Shown: in pieces, positions 48,514-58,013 of the stretch | Position numbering within the stretch: position 1 is the first letter of the stretch | How the letters are laid out: each line of letters opens with the position of its first letter | Origin: Candidatus Latescibacterota bacterium | GTDB lineage: Bacteria > Latescibacterota > UBA2968 > GCA-2709665 | Length of the DNA: 64,000 bases | Assembly: GCA_965205485.1 (NCBI GenBank) | Contig: OZ242180.1 | Span: forward strand, 3,552,001 to 3,616,000 | Direction of reading: 5' to 3' | Notes under the pieces: model-generated | What the model was told of the DNA's origin: nothing | Seen by the model: only the letters and a program-made list of their open reading frames with translations | The model's database searches: none | Translations under genes and position numbers: made by a program

Positions 48514-49470
48514 ATGAAGGCGGCGTGGGACTGGCACCTGCCCGTTGAGACGGAGACGCAGCAGCGGGAGATCGTGGAATTCGCGTGTGATCTGGGTTTC
48601 GACACCCTGATCGTGCGGGACCCGTCCGAGGCGATGGCGCGGCGGGGCGAAGCGCTGGGCGTCAGGATCGTCGCGATCGTGTACGCGCGTCCGTCAGACG
48701 CGTTCGCCGCGGACCACCCGGAATGTCTGCAGCGGCTGCTTCCCGGAGAGGACGAGATTGCCCGCGCCGGACACGAGGTTTCCCCGGCTAACTTCCAACT
48801 GTTGTCGCACCGGTGGTTTTCCATCGTGCAGGACGGCGCCACGTTGTGCTTCGAGCACGAGGCTTCGAGGTCGTTCCTGAAGGACCGGGTGAGCCGGGCG
48901 CTGGAAATCGCGGACGGTGTATCGTTCGACGGGTTCGGCTTCAGGAACCACTATGCGTGTTTCTGCGATCGATGCGCGGACATCCGGAAGATGATGGCCG
49001 CCGAACAGCCCGAGGCACACGAACCCGAACTGCTTGCGCGGATGTCTGAAACAAGTCTGATCGGGGTGTCCGACATCCTGTGCGAACACGCGAAGGCGAT
49101 AAAGCCGGATGCGATCGTCACCAACCACGTCTGGCCGCCGTTCTATCCCAACGAATACTACGGAAACGGGCTCCGGCTGGATTTTTGTACGCAGACGATT
49201 TCCTGGTTCTATCCTCCGCACTGGAGCCTTGAGCGCGTGGAATTCGAGACCGCCGAGATGAAGCGGCTCGAGGACCCGAAGCGGAACACGTTCGTGCCGT
49301 TCATCGGGCTCTATGCGGATCCGTATCTCGTTCGTTCTCCAGACCGTGTGCGGGCGGAGTTCGACATCGCTCGCAGATACGTCAAAAACCACGTCGTATT
49401 GTGCAACCTCGAAACACCGCGTCGCTATCCCGAGATTGCGGCCGTGGTCAGGGACGCATTGGAAGCATGA
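48514..49470 (+). CDS. Hypothetical protein, possibly a glycoside-hydrolase-like TIM barrel
   Basis: GGAGG RBS and DGVSFDG...CFCDRC motif. Confidence 0.6.
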   Translation: MKAAWDWHLPVETETQQREIVEFACDLGFDTLIVRDPSEAMARRGEALGVRIVAIVYARPSDAFAADHPECLQRLLPGEDEIARAGHEVSPANFQLLSHRWFSIVQDGATLCFEHEASRSFLKDRVSRALEIADGVSFDGFGFRNHYACFCDRCADIRKMMAAEQPEAHEPELLARMSETSLIGVSDILCEHAKAIKPDAIVTNHVWPPFYPNEYYGNGLRLDFCTQTISWFYPPHWSLERVEFETAEMKRLEDPKRNTFVPFIGLYADPYLVRSPDRVRAEFDIARRYVKNHVVLCNLETPRRYPEIAAVVRDALEA

Positions 49471-49581
49471 GACCGAATGTCAGGCACGCACGGACGCGGG
49501 AACCGACGGATTTCCGGCGCCTTCGTGAGTCAATTGCATTTAGGCGCCGCGCCCGATAATCCCTTCTGTGATGCCGTCTGG

Positions 49582-51381
49582 CTACTCCAGCTGAATCTTT
49601 CCCAGGTAGGTTTTCTGTAGGGTACGTTTCCACCAGTCGCCGGTCCGGCGTTTTTCGTCCGGAGTCGTGAAGCGATAGTCGTACAGTTGCGCCCGCAGGT
49701 ACTGCGGGGGGCTGCCGGGAAAGGGGTTCCGCGCAAGCAGGTCGGTAACCGGCGGCGATCCTTCGAGGAGCCGTCGACAGAGGTCGACGAACCATGGACT
49801 CTGACGATAGTGGCCAAGCGCGGCGAACCACATCTGCCAGTCCAGACGGGGCTGGTGCGGCGCCACAACCGGGGGCCGTCTTTTCGGATCGCCCGGCTTA
49901 TATCGAAACTCATAGGGGTGCCAGGTTTTGCCGTCCCTGCTGCCTTCGAGGACGACTTCCGGCCGCCGCGTGGTCATCACCTGGAAGAGCCCGTAGGTGT
50001 TCACGATATTGTAAGGGGTCACTGCATGACTGAGAGCGACCACGGGATGGGGCCAGGTCACTTTCAGGCGCAGGCTGAAGCTGCAGAGATACACGAGACT
50101 CAGGATCACGACGACAGCGGCAAGGGGTACGGCCGCCAGCCTTTGCAGGGCGGGTGAGTATCCACTCTCGCGACCGGAAGACGGAACTCTGAGCTGTTTC
50201 GGCCAAGACGCGTCATCGATAAGCCACAGGCAGAGCGCCGCCGCAAGCAGATTGAAAAATGTATAGTTGCCGGTAAGCGCGATACCGAACTGCAGGCCGA
50301 CGAGCAGCGCGCAGGCCGCGATCCGGACGCGCCGGGGTCCGAAGATGAAGAAAGGCGCCGCCAGTTCGATGGCGAACATAACGACCACGGAGACGAGGTG
50401 GATGATTTCCGGCAGATGATGGACGTACCAGGCCAGCGGATTGGGAAGGGGCTGCGTCTGGTAATGGTAGGTAAGCGCGCTCAGGTCACGCCAGGTCGCG
50501 TCTCCGCTGGTGAGCTTGACAATGCCTGAGGCGAACATGAAGCGGAACAGCAGCCAGCGATAGAGCCAGGCGACGAGGCGTGAGGGCGTAAATGCGCCGC
50601 CTCCGGTGGGAAGTTTCCAGGGTGCGAGAAACACGGCCAGCAGACCGGCTTCGAGGAGCAGGACGTCCCATTGGAACGACAGAAAGGGGCCGCCAGCCGT
50701 TACAAAGGAAAGATATCCGATCCACAGGAGCAGGAAAAACAGGCCGCAAGCCGGAAAGATTACGGCGGCACCGGCGAGCAGCGTTCCGGCCCCGCAGAGG
50801 ACATGGATGAACGTGTCGCTCTGATCGAACCAGAACAGTGTCGGAAAACGGAGCGGGTGGTCCTTTTCCGCGGCCAGTCGAACGGATTCTTCGATCGGCT
50901 GGATGCCCTTTGCGCCGATGAGGCCGTGCGCCTGCACCCAGAACGACAGGAAAGCGATCAGGTAAGTCAAGGCCAGGGCGCGCAGGAACAGGTCGGCGGA
51001 AGTCCGGTACGCGGGCCGGCGGAGGTCCTTTCCCCAAAGCCATCGGCAAACCGTCGACACCGTGTTCCGGTTACGGGCGACCAACCGGTAACCGGCTTCA
51101 GCTGCTCCGGCAAACCAGGGCAGCCGGCGGTAGGCCCACCACAGCAGCCTTCCAGTCGGCCCGGTGAACGCAAGTACACACAACGCCGCCCTGGCGCCGC
51201 TGTAGACTACGCCGTCCGGGCCGATCCACTGGACGGCGTTTTCAAATTTCTCCGGGGATATCTGCGGAAACCGGTGGCCGACCTCCTGCGACGGCGCGAA
51301 CTCAACCCGATCGCCGGTGGCGGCGCGAATTCGGTCCACCCAACGCGTGCAGAAGGCGCAGTTGCCGTCGTAGACAAGCAT
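49582..51381 (-). CDS. Lipase maturation factor family protein with N-terminal DCC-type thiol-disulfide domain
   Basis: N-terminal YDGNCAFC. LMF motifs FLSFQWD.LLLE, YHYQTQPLP, TGNYTFFN, YGLF and PHQPRLDWQMWF. Confidence 0.88.
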   Translation of the reverse strand: MLVYDGNCAFCTRWVDRIRAATGDRVEFAPSQEVGHRFPQISPEKFENAVQWIGPDGVVYSGARAALCVLAFTGPTGRLLWWAYRRLPWFAGAAEAGYRLVARNRNTVSTVCRWLWGKDLRRPAYRTSADLFLRALALTYLIAFLSFWVQAHGLIGAKGIQPIEESVRLAAEKDHPLRFPTLFWFDQSDTFIHVLCGAGTLLAGAAVIFPACGLFFLLLWIGYLSFVTAGGPFLSFQWDVLLLEAGLLAVFLAPWKLPTGGGAFTPSRLVAWLYRWLLFRFMFASGIVKLTSGDATWRDLSALTYHYQTQPLPNPLAWYVHHLPEIIHLVSVVVMFAIELAAPFFIFGPRRVRIAACALLVGLQFGIALTGNYTFFNLLAAALCLWLIDDASWPKQLRVPSSGRESGYSPALQRLAAVPLAAVVVILSLVYLCSFSLRLKVTWPHPVVALSHAVTPYNIVNTYGLFQVMTTRRPEVVLEGSRDGKTWHPYEFRYKPGDPKRRPPVVAPHQPRLDWQMWFAALGHYRQSPWFVDLCRRLLEGSPPVTDLLARNPFPGSPPQYLRAQLYDYRFTTPDEKRRTGDWWKRTLQKTYLGKIQLE

Positions 51382-51385
51382 CGGA

Positions 51386-52093
51386 TTACCGGACGAAACT
51401 TGCGATGAGTCCGAGGAAACCGCCGAATACGCCGCCCCAGACCACGAGCCAGCCGAGGTGTTCGCGGATCATCTCCTGTACGATCTGTTTGACCATCTGA
51501 GGCGTGAGTTCCTCCAGCCGGCGCGTGACAATGGTCTCCGCTCTGGCCACCAGGGCCTCCCCCGCGTGAGCGCTTTGCAGGCCGGCTGCCATGGCGTCGC
51601 TGAAGGAACGCGAGAGCAGCATGTCGCGGAGTTCCTCCTTCATCTTGGCCTTGAAGGGGTCGCGCAGCGGTTCGAGCGCTCTTTCGCCGCCCACAATGCC
51701 GAGCATGCCGCCGAATGGCGAGGCGAGTACGACGTCGACGAATCCGGCGTAGATGCGATCGTAGTCAACGGCGGAGACGACCGGGTCGGGATTGAAGGGT
51801 TCGTCCCGAGAATCCGAGGCGAGGAATTCCTCCACCTTCTCCCGCGTGAAGAACTGCTCCATGATGAGCTTTCGAATGCCGGACTTGAACTCCTCGAAAC
51901 GCGCGGGGACGACCCCGGATCCGTAAAGGCCGGGTATTCTTTCGAAGAGCATATGTACGGCCAGCCAGTTCGTAAAGGCCCCCGATGTCGCGAACAGTCC
52001 GACAGTCAGGATCTGGTCCCGATACACCGGGCTGACCGCGCCCGTACCCACGACCGCGAGCGAGATGAGATTTGTCAGAAGGCTTTTGTTCAT
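51386..52093 (-). CDS. DUF445 family membrane protein
   Basis: FTNWLAVHMLFE..PGLYGSG and HLGWLVVWGGVFGG. Confidence 0.85.
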   Translation of the reverse strand: MNKSLLTNLISLAVVGTGAVSPVYRDQILTVGLFATSGAFTNWLAVHMLFERIPGLYGSGVVPARFEEFKSGIRKLIMEQFFTREKVEEFLASDSRDEPFNPDPVVSAVDYDRIYAGFVDVVLASPFGGMLGIVGGERALEPLRDPFKAKMKEELRDMLLSRSFSDAMAAGLQSAHAGEALVARAETIVTRRLEELTPQMVKQIVQEMIREHLGWLVVWGGVFGGFLGLIASFVR

Positions 52094-52132
52094 AGAGTCA
52101 GCCTTACATGGATAGGCAGGACAGCCGAAATG

Positions 52133-52236
52133 CCGGGCACCCACAAGGGGCGCCCCTACAATTTCATTCGTTCATCCGATCTGGTTGAAAATTGTATACC
52201 CCGTACCGTGTAGGGGCGCCCCTTGTGGGTGCCCGG
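52133..52236. repeat. Inverted pair of GTAG-type REP sequences
   Basis: 28-bp perfect inverted repeat CCGGGCACCCACAAGGGGCGCCCCTACA at 52133-52160 and 52209-52236. Confidence 0.85.
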
Positions 52237-52273
52237 GTTTCTTGGGCCGTAAACGTCGTTCCTGCATCTATCT

Positions 52274-52384
52274 AGACGTCAATCCCTCCCCGTAAAGCAC
52301 ATCCATATATTGCGAGGTGGTTTTCTCCCAGACGTCAATCCCTCCCCGTAAAAACATCCATGTATTGCGAGGTGGTTTTCTCCC
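52274..52384. repeat. Imperfect tandem duplication (about 55 bp) of the glycosyltransferase 3' end
   Basis: agacgtcaatccctccccgtaaa...tgcgaggtggttttctccc at 52274-52329 and 52330-52384. Confidence 0.85.
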
Positions 52385-53423
52385 AGGAGTACTCGGCCCT
52401 CACAAACGCCTGGACGCGGGTCTTCTCGCGTTCCCTGTCTTCATCGGGCAGGTCCAGGTACCGGTGGATCCGTTCGACAAAGGCGGGATAGTCACCGGGC
52501 GGGACGCCGAAGCCGCCGTCGCGCAGGCTCTCGCCAAGGGCATCCACGTCGAAATAGACCACGGGCAGGCCGGCGTACAGACACTCGAGCGGGGCAATGC
52601 CGAATCCTTCCGCATCGTGGCTGAGGTGGATGTTGGGCATCAGAAAGAGTTGCGCCTCCCGGCGGAGCATGGCCAGCGTGGGGTCGTCGAGCCAGCCAGG
52701 CGTGAAGACACGGTCTCCCAGATTCAGGGATTCGACGGCGTTCCGGATGCCGTCCCGCACGGGTCCGCCGCCGCTGATGAGCAGACGAATATCATCTCTC
52801 ATCAGCGGGACACCGGCCTTGATGAACTCGGCCACGCCCTTCCGTGGAACCTGCCGCCCGTAGTTCAGCAGAACGGGGTTTGCGCCGAGGTCGATGCCGT
52901 GCGCCTGCTCAAATCGGTCCCTCAGGCGTCGATGCTCATCGTCGGGGGGGATGACCGCGTGGATCCCCTGGTAAATGACGCGCGCTTTTCCGGCGGGCAA
53001 ACCGTTGCGGACGGCGAGCGCCGACGTGGCGCGGCTGACCATCACGGTCCGGTCGCAGGCGCGTGCGCCCGCGCGCATCAGGTGGCTGAAGAATGCGCGC
53101 CGGAACGTCAGCTCGGCGCCGTGGATGGTGACGGTGAACCGGGCCGGCGTAAAGGGGCGCAGAAACGGGGCCAGGGCGGCCGTAACGCCGTCCATGAAGA
53201 ATACCGCATCGGTACGGTGACGGAGAACGTGATAGACGGCGGCGCAGAAGGCGTAGGGCATGAACCAGGCCAGATGAAATATCGGGTCCTTGCCCAGCGC
53301 GACGAGGGTCACGGGACAGTGTTGGCAAAGCCTGGTATAGAGTTCTTTCGCGTAGGTTTGAATGCCGCCGACAGAGGGTGGATAACGCCGGGCAATAAAG
53401 AGGATTCGCGGGTTGGAGTTCAT
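52335..53423 (-). CDS. Glycosyltransferase family 4
   Basis: YPPSVGGIQ, GRQVPRKG and EGFGIAPLE. Confidence 0.88.
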   Translation of the reverse strand: MNSNPRILFIARRYPPSVGGIQTYAKELYTRLCQHCPVTLVALGKDPIFHLAWFMPYAFCAAVYHVLRHRTDAVFFMDGVTAALAPFLRPFTPARFTVTIHGAELTFRRAFFSHLMRAGARACDRTVMVSRATSALAVRNGLPAGKARVIYQGIHAVIPPDDEHRRLRDRFEQAHGIDLGANPVLLNYGRQVPRKGVAEFIKAGVPLMRDDIRLLISGGGPVRDGIRNAVESLNLGDRVFTPGWLDDPTLAMLRREAQLFLMPNIHLSHDAEGFGIAPLECLYAGLPVVYFDVDALGESLRDGGFGVPPGDYPAFVERIHRYLDLPDEDREREKTRVQAFVRAEYSWEKTTSQYMDVFTGRD

Positions 53424-53470
53424 GGGTGGTCCGTGGTCCGCGGTGTGCGGCCGGCAGAATCAGCGCTTAA

Positions 53471-53630
53471 CAGTCCGTTGATAAAGTCGCTCTGCAGGCG
53501 AGGCCGAGCCATTGTGGCCGAAGACAAGGCGCGCGACCGAGTCCCATCCTGCGATTCGGCGAGGGAGCGCAACGCAGTATTTCGACCGCAAGGGCCGGCC
53601 GCAGCCCGGATGGGCTTTTTCAACGGGCTG
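53471..53630. mobile_element. MITE family 1, 160-bp copy
   Basis: TIRs CAGTCCGTTGATAAAG / CTTTTTCAACGGGCTG with TTAA duplicated on both flanks. Confidence 0.8.
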
Positions 53631-53960
53631 TTAAACATTCACAATAACTGCCGTATTATATGCGCCTTATGCGGCTTCCTGCAAGGGATTTCGAAGGAGG
53701 CGCGACCGCCGCCGCCGACTTCCGGCGCCCGGGGCCCGTCCTGCGGCACGGTAAATCCGGACAATTGAGCTCGGCCTGACGCGGTCCGCACTTGCCGGGG
53801 TCCTTTGTGTCTTGACGCGACGGTGCCTGCGGGTATCTTTTGTCCCCGCGAGACGCTGAAGCCGTTCCTTTTCCCATTTTACCCGGGTTCGGGTTGGACG
53901 CGGTAGCGGACAGGCCGGTTTCATCGATATCCAAACCCAATACGATCGGAAAACAGTGAG

Positions 53961-54983
53961 ATGAATTCAGAATCCCATGGTCTGGAGAGAGGCGAGCGAG
54001 CCACGGACTTCGTGCTTCCGCTGTCGCCGGACGGCAAGCCGACCCGGTTTTATTCGAAGGCGGGCGGACTGTCCACGTTGCTGGTTTTTTCCCGGGGCGA
54101 AGATGAACGCCTCCCTGGTTTCTCGGCTGAGCTGGAGGGACGGGATGTGGATGTCCTGGCGGTCATGGCTTCCGAAAACGCGCCGGGTCCGGGTTGGCCC
54201 CACCCGGTCTTCGTGGATGCGAAGGGCGTGGTTCGTTCCGCGTATCGGATCCCGGATTCAGCATCTTCCGTCGTGTTCGTTCTGGATGCGAATCTGCGCG
54301 TGCTTGCGTCGATATTGCTGGATGAACCCCGTAACGCAGCGCGCAAGGTGCGAAACGTGCTGGATGCTAACCGGGCGGAGATCGAACCCACGGTGGTTGA
54401 AACGCAGGCCCCGGTGCTGCTGATTCCGAACGTGCTCGATCCCGAAATCTGCAATTTTCTAATGCAGGTGTGGGAAAACAGGGGCAGCGTGGAAACCGGC
54501 GTGGAGCAATCGCAGGGAGCGGCGCGAGGGGAGCGGATCGACGTCGAACAAAAGAGCCGGCGAGACCACGTGGTAGACGACGACAAGTTGGTCAGGCTGC
54601 TTTCGACTTCCATCGGCCGCAGGGTGATTCCGGAGCTGCATCGGGCGTTCGCTTACCGCGCCACCCGGTTTGAAGGGTTCAAGATAGCGTGCTACGACGC
54701 CGCGTCGGGAGGATTCTTTCACGCTCACCGGGACAATCTGAGCCCGTCCACCGCGCACCGCCGGTTTGCACTGACGTTGAACCTGAACGAGCGGTATGCG
54801 GGCGGGTGCCTGCGGTTTCCGGAATTCGGCCCCCACCTCTACAGACCGGGGGCCGGCGGAGCGGTGGTGTTTTCCTGTTCGCACCTGCATGAGGTCACGG
54901 AGGTGACGTCCGGCCGGCGGTTCGCCCTGCTTTCCTTCATGTTCGGCGATGAGGAGACTCGCGCCGGGCGGCGCTCGTCCTGA
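53961..54983 (+). CDS. 2OG-Fe(II) oxygenase with N-terminal redoxin-like domain
   Basis: C-terminal HRDN, RRFALTLNLN, GGCLRFPE and HEVTEVTSGRR. N-terminal GERATDFVLP...FVLDANLRV. Confidence 0.82.
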   Translation: MNSESHGLERGERATDFVLPLSPDGKPTRFYSKAGGLSTLLVFSRGEDERLPGFSAELEGRDVDVLAVMASENAPGPGWPHPVFVDAKGVVRSAYRIPDSASSVVFVLDANLRVLASILLDEPRNAARKVRNVLDANRAEIEPTVVETQAPVLLIPNVLDPEICNFLMQVWENRGSVETGVEQSQGAARGERIDVEQKSRRDHVVDDDKLVRLLSTSIGRRVIPELHRAFAYRATRFEGFKIACYDAASGGFFHAHRDNLSPSTAHRRFALTLNLNERYAGGCLRFPEFGPHLYRPGAGGAVVFSCSHLHEVTEVTSGRRFALLSFMFGDEETRAGRRSS

Positions 54984-55005
54984 CGGCCAATGCGGGCGGC
55001 GTGCG

Positions 55006-56925
55006 TCACCAGGTGTGGACCATCTTTCCATCGCCAGGGAACCAGATCGCATCGGTGAGAGTCGAGATTCCCACGCCCAGAGTATAGCCGATCAGCAATC
55101 CCACGAAAAACGGCTGAAAGCTCCGGTAGAGCGCGATGCCGCCAAACCTGAGCACAAGGGACTTGAAAGCCCACACGAGAAAGACGGTAAAGGCCGTGAC
55201 CCTCACGGGGAACGCGTAGCCCACCGTGAATCCGACGGGGTGCAGCGGCCACCAGGGAAAGCGCAGCCGGAGCATGCCCAGGAGCAGGGTGCCCAGAACG
55301 CCGGCTGCAATGAATGCAAGCTCTGTTCCCGTGAAGGTGGGCGGAGCGCCCGCCCACGTGACCACGCGGTTGAACATCCGGAGGCCGTAGCCGCCGAATA
55401 CGTAAACGTGCCGGATATTCGCCGCGCCGGTGGCGCTGTAGCAGAGGTTGAGCGTGTAGGCGATCGACGCCGCGAATCCCACCACGAACGCCGCGCAGAG
55501 GGCCGCGGTCACGCGGAACCGGTCCCAGCGAAAGCTGTGCTGGATTCGGGCGACGTGTACGAGCGAGGGCAGGATATATTGCCGGTGGCTCTCAACAACA
55601 TTGGCCGAAAGTGCCAGGCCCACGTGGTCGGCGGTTTGTACCTGTGCGCCCAGAATTGCCGCGGTCAGCGCCTGGGTGCGCTGCGGCGTTTCGATGTAGA
55701 CCAGGCCCGTTTCCGCCACAATCTTGGACAGGCCGAGGAAAAAGATGAGAAGCAGCCCGAGTTGCACCGTGACCGCCAGGAAGGAAATTCCCAGTGCGTG
55801 CAGCCAGGCCACCGAATAGGCCAGTGATACCAGCAGGCCGACAACGGCGGCGCGATAGGACAGCAGTTCGTCTCTGTCGTCCATACCCGGCTGTTTCTTC
55901 CAGGCACTGCGAAATACGCCTGCGATATGCTTTCGGGCGATGAAGAGGCCCAGAAGTACGAGCGCGACGAATCCGCCCGCCTGTTGCAGCAGAACGCCTC
56001 CGTGGTATTCGCTGCTGACGGTGATGCCGAGGCGGTTGGTCAGGCCGATCTCGAAGAGTGACAGCACGTGAAAGAGCCAGACGGATAGCAGCACCTCCAG
56101 GTTCGTGAGGTAGCCGAACGCCGCGACCACGAAGTTGAATTTGATCTGCAGCGGCGGGAAGTCGTGGCCGAAGGACAGGGTGCTCGAATACGTGGGGCCG
56201 AGTGGAATGAAGGGCACGCGGTGAGAAAAGCGAGGGAGGACATTCCACGCGAGAACGAAGATGCCGATCGCGAATCCTGCCCAGAAACGCCGGTTATTGA
56301 AGAGCGGGATGGCGCCCGCGCCGGGATCGGATATCATCATCAACGGCAGCCGGGCCAGGGGAAAGACGATCCTTTCGTGTTCCACCCACTGTTTTTGGAG
56401 GATGACGGCGATGCAGAGGCAGGCGAAAAAGAGCGCGAACAGCAGGGTGAACCACCAGAACAGGGGTACCAGCCAGACCTCCCAGGGAACGGGCTGGCCC
56501 CTGGGCAGACCTTCCCACAGGTGCGTGATCGCGCCGTTCCGGTCTCCGGGGACGGACCAGGACCGCAGGTGTTCCGTAACGTAGTCACCCCACCGGTTTT
56601 CGGGCGTGGCCTTGTAGTACGGCGTGGCGAGGACGGCGACAAGGCGGCCGGCGATGTTTTTCGTTGGAAACGCGCCGCCGATGAATCCCATGCAGAGGAT
56701 CAGGCCCAGTTCCCGGGCGTTCAGGGCCCGGAGCGGACGGAAGTTCTGCAGGACCCGATTGACGAGGAAGAGGAGAAGAAACGGCAGCCAGAGCGACATG
56801 GGCAGGTGGCCCAGGGAGACCCGGGAAGCCCGAAGGCGGTAGGTGGTGTCCGTCGCGAAGAGGCAGATGATAACCGTAAGCGCAAGGCCGATGAGGATGG
56901 AGCGGCGGCTGACGACGTTTGCCAT
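55006..56925 (-). CDS. DUF6785/DUF6784 family polytopic membrane protein (OPT-like transporter candidate)
   Basis: Many TM helices, KQWVEHERIVFPL, VAETG, WWPLHPVG and PFFVGLLIG. Confidence 0.75.
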   Translation of the reverse strand: MANVVSRRSILIGLALTVIICLFATDTTYRLRASRVSLGHLPMSLWLPFLLLFLVNRVLQNFRPLRALNARELGLILCMGFIGGAFPTKNIAGRLVAVLATPYYKATPENRWGDYVTEHLRSWSVPGDRNGAITHLWEGLPRGQPVPWEVWLVPLFWWFTLLFALFFACLCIAVILQKQWVEHERIVFPLARLPLMMISDPGAGAIPLFNNRRFWAGFAIGIFVLAWNVLPRFSHRVPFIPLGPTYSSTLSFGHDFPPLQIKFNFVVAAFGYLTNLEVLLSVWLFHVLSLFEIGLTNRLGITVSSEYHGGVLLQQAGGFVALVLLGLFIARKHIAGVFRSAWKKQPGMDDRDELLSYRAAVVGLLVSLAYSVAWLHALGISFLAVTVQLGLLLIFFLGLSKIVAETGLVYIETPQRTQALTAAILGAQVQTADHVGLALSANVVESHRQYILPSLVHVARIQHSFRWDRFRVTAALCAAFVVGFAASIAYTLNLCYSATGAANIRHVYVFGGYGLRMFNRVVTWAGAPPTFTGTELAFIAAGVLGTLLLGMLRLRFPWWPLHPVGFTVGYAFPVRVTAFTVFLVWAFKSLVLRFGGIALYRSFQPFFVGLLIGYTLGVGISTLTDAIWFPGDGKMVHTW

Positions 56926-57139
56926 GGAGTGGAATCCGGGCTCCTGCGCGAGGTTTCGAGGATGTGGTGATTGCGTGATTCGCACTGGGAATCGACGCGG
57001 GGATGTTGCGCACGGGTCTGGAAGTGGCGATAATATGAGGCGAACGGTCCAGGGTGTCAACGGGTGAATGGCAGGACTTTCCCAGGTTCGCGCGGTCGGA
57101 TGCGGACAGCGTGGGCAGATGGGGTCCGACGGAGGGTGC

Positions 57140-58003
57140 GTGTCCGATATCGGAAATAGTCTTCGTATCCGGCAGATGACGTCTGAGGACGTCGCGACCG
57201 GCATGCGGTTCAAGACGCTGGCCGGCTGGAATCAGGTCGAAGCGGACTGGCAGCGTTTTCTGGCGCTTTCGCCCGGCGGCTGTTTTGTCGCCGAAATCGG
57301 GAGCGAGCCGGCAGGCACGGTGGTGACGGTGACGTTCGACGGGGTCTGCGGGTGGGTCGCGATGGTGCTGGTGCCGCCCGAGCGCAGGAGGCAGGGAATC
57401 GGGACGGCGATGCTGCGGCACGGGATTGCCCACCTGCAGTCCACCGGCGTGGACACGATCAAGCTGGATGCGACACCCATGGGACGGCAGGTGTACGTAC
57501 CGCTGGGGTTCCGCGACGAATACGGGCTGGAGCGCCGGGAAGGAGTAGGAAAGGCGTGCAGGTGGACGTCGGTCCGCGAAATGCGGGACAGGGATCTGAA
57601 AGACGTGATTGCCTTCGATACGCCCTGTTTCGGCGTTTGCCGGGAGGGTCTGCTGAGGTGTCTGTACCGGGATTCAGGGGGTTTGTGCGGGGTCTGCCGC
57701 GGGGAGGGCGGCACGGTCGAGGGATTCGTAATGGTCAGGCCCGGCAGCAACGCCTTCCAAATCGGTCCGCTGGCGGCGGTCCACGAGCGGGCGGGCAGGT
57801 CGCTGTTCTGCTGGGCGCTGGACAGGCTGGCCGGGGAACCGGTTTTCTTCGACGTGCCGCTGGAGAATCCGCACGGGACGGGGTTGGCCGAGGAATTCGG
57901 GTTTTCCGTACAGAGGGGATTTACGCGAATGTTCCTTGGAAGAGATCCTTACGGGGGATTTCCGCGGCAGGTGTACGCAACCTCGGGACCTGAAAAGGGT
58001 TAG
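57140..58003 (+). CDS. GNAT family N-acetyltransferase
   Basis: WVAMVLV..RRQGIG and LDAT..GRQVY..LGF. GGAGG RBS precedes GTG. Confidence 0.85.
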   Translation: MSDIGNSLRIRQMTSEDVATGMRFKTLAGWNQVEADWQRFLALSPGGCFVAEIGSEPAGTVVTVTFDGVCGWVAMVLVPPERRRQGIGTAMLRHGIAHLQSTGVDTIKLDATPMGRQVYVPLGFRDEYGLERREGVGKACRWTSVREMRDRDLKDVIAFDTPCFGVCREGLLRCLYRDSGGLCGVCRGEGGTVEGFVMVRPGSNAFQIGPLAAVHERAGRSLFCWALDRLAGEPVFFDVPLENPHGTGLAEEFGFSVQRGFTRMFLGRDPYGGFPRQVYATSGPEKG

Positions 58004-58013
58004 GTGTTTCGAA

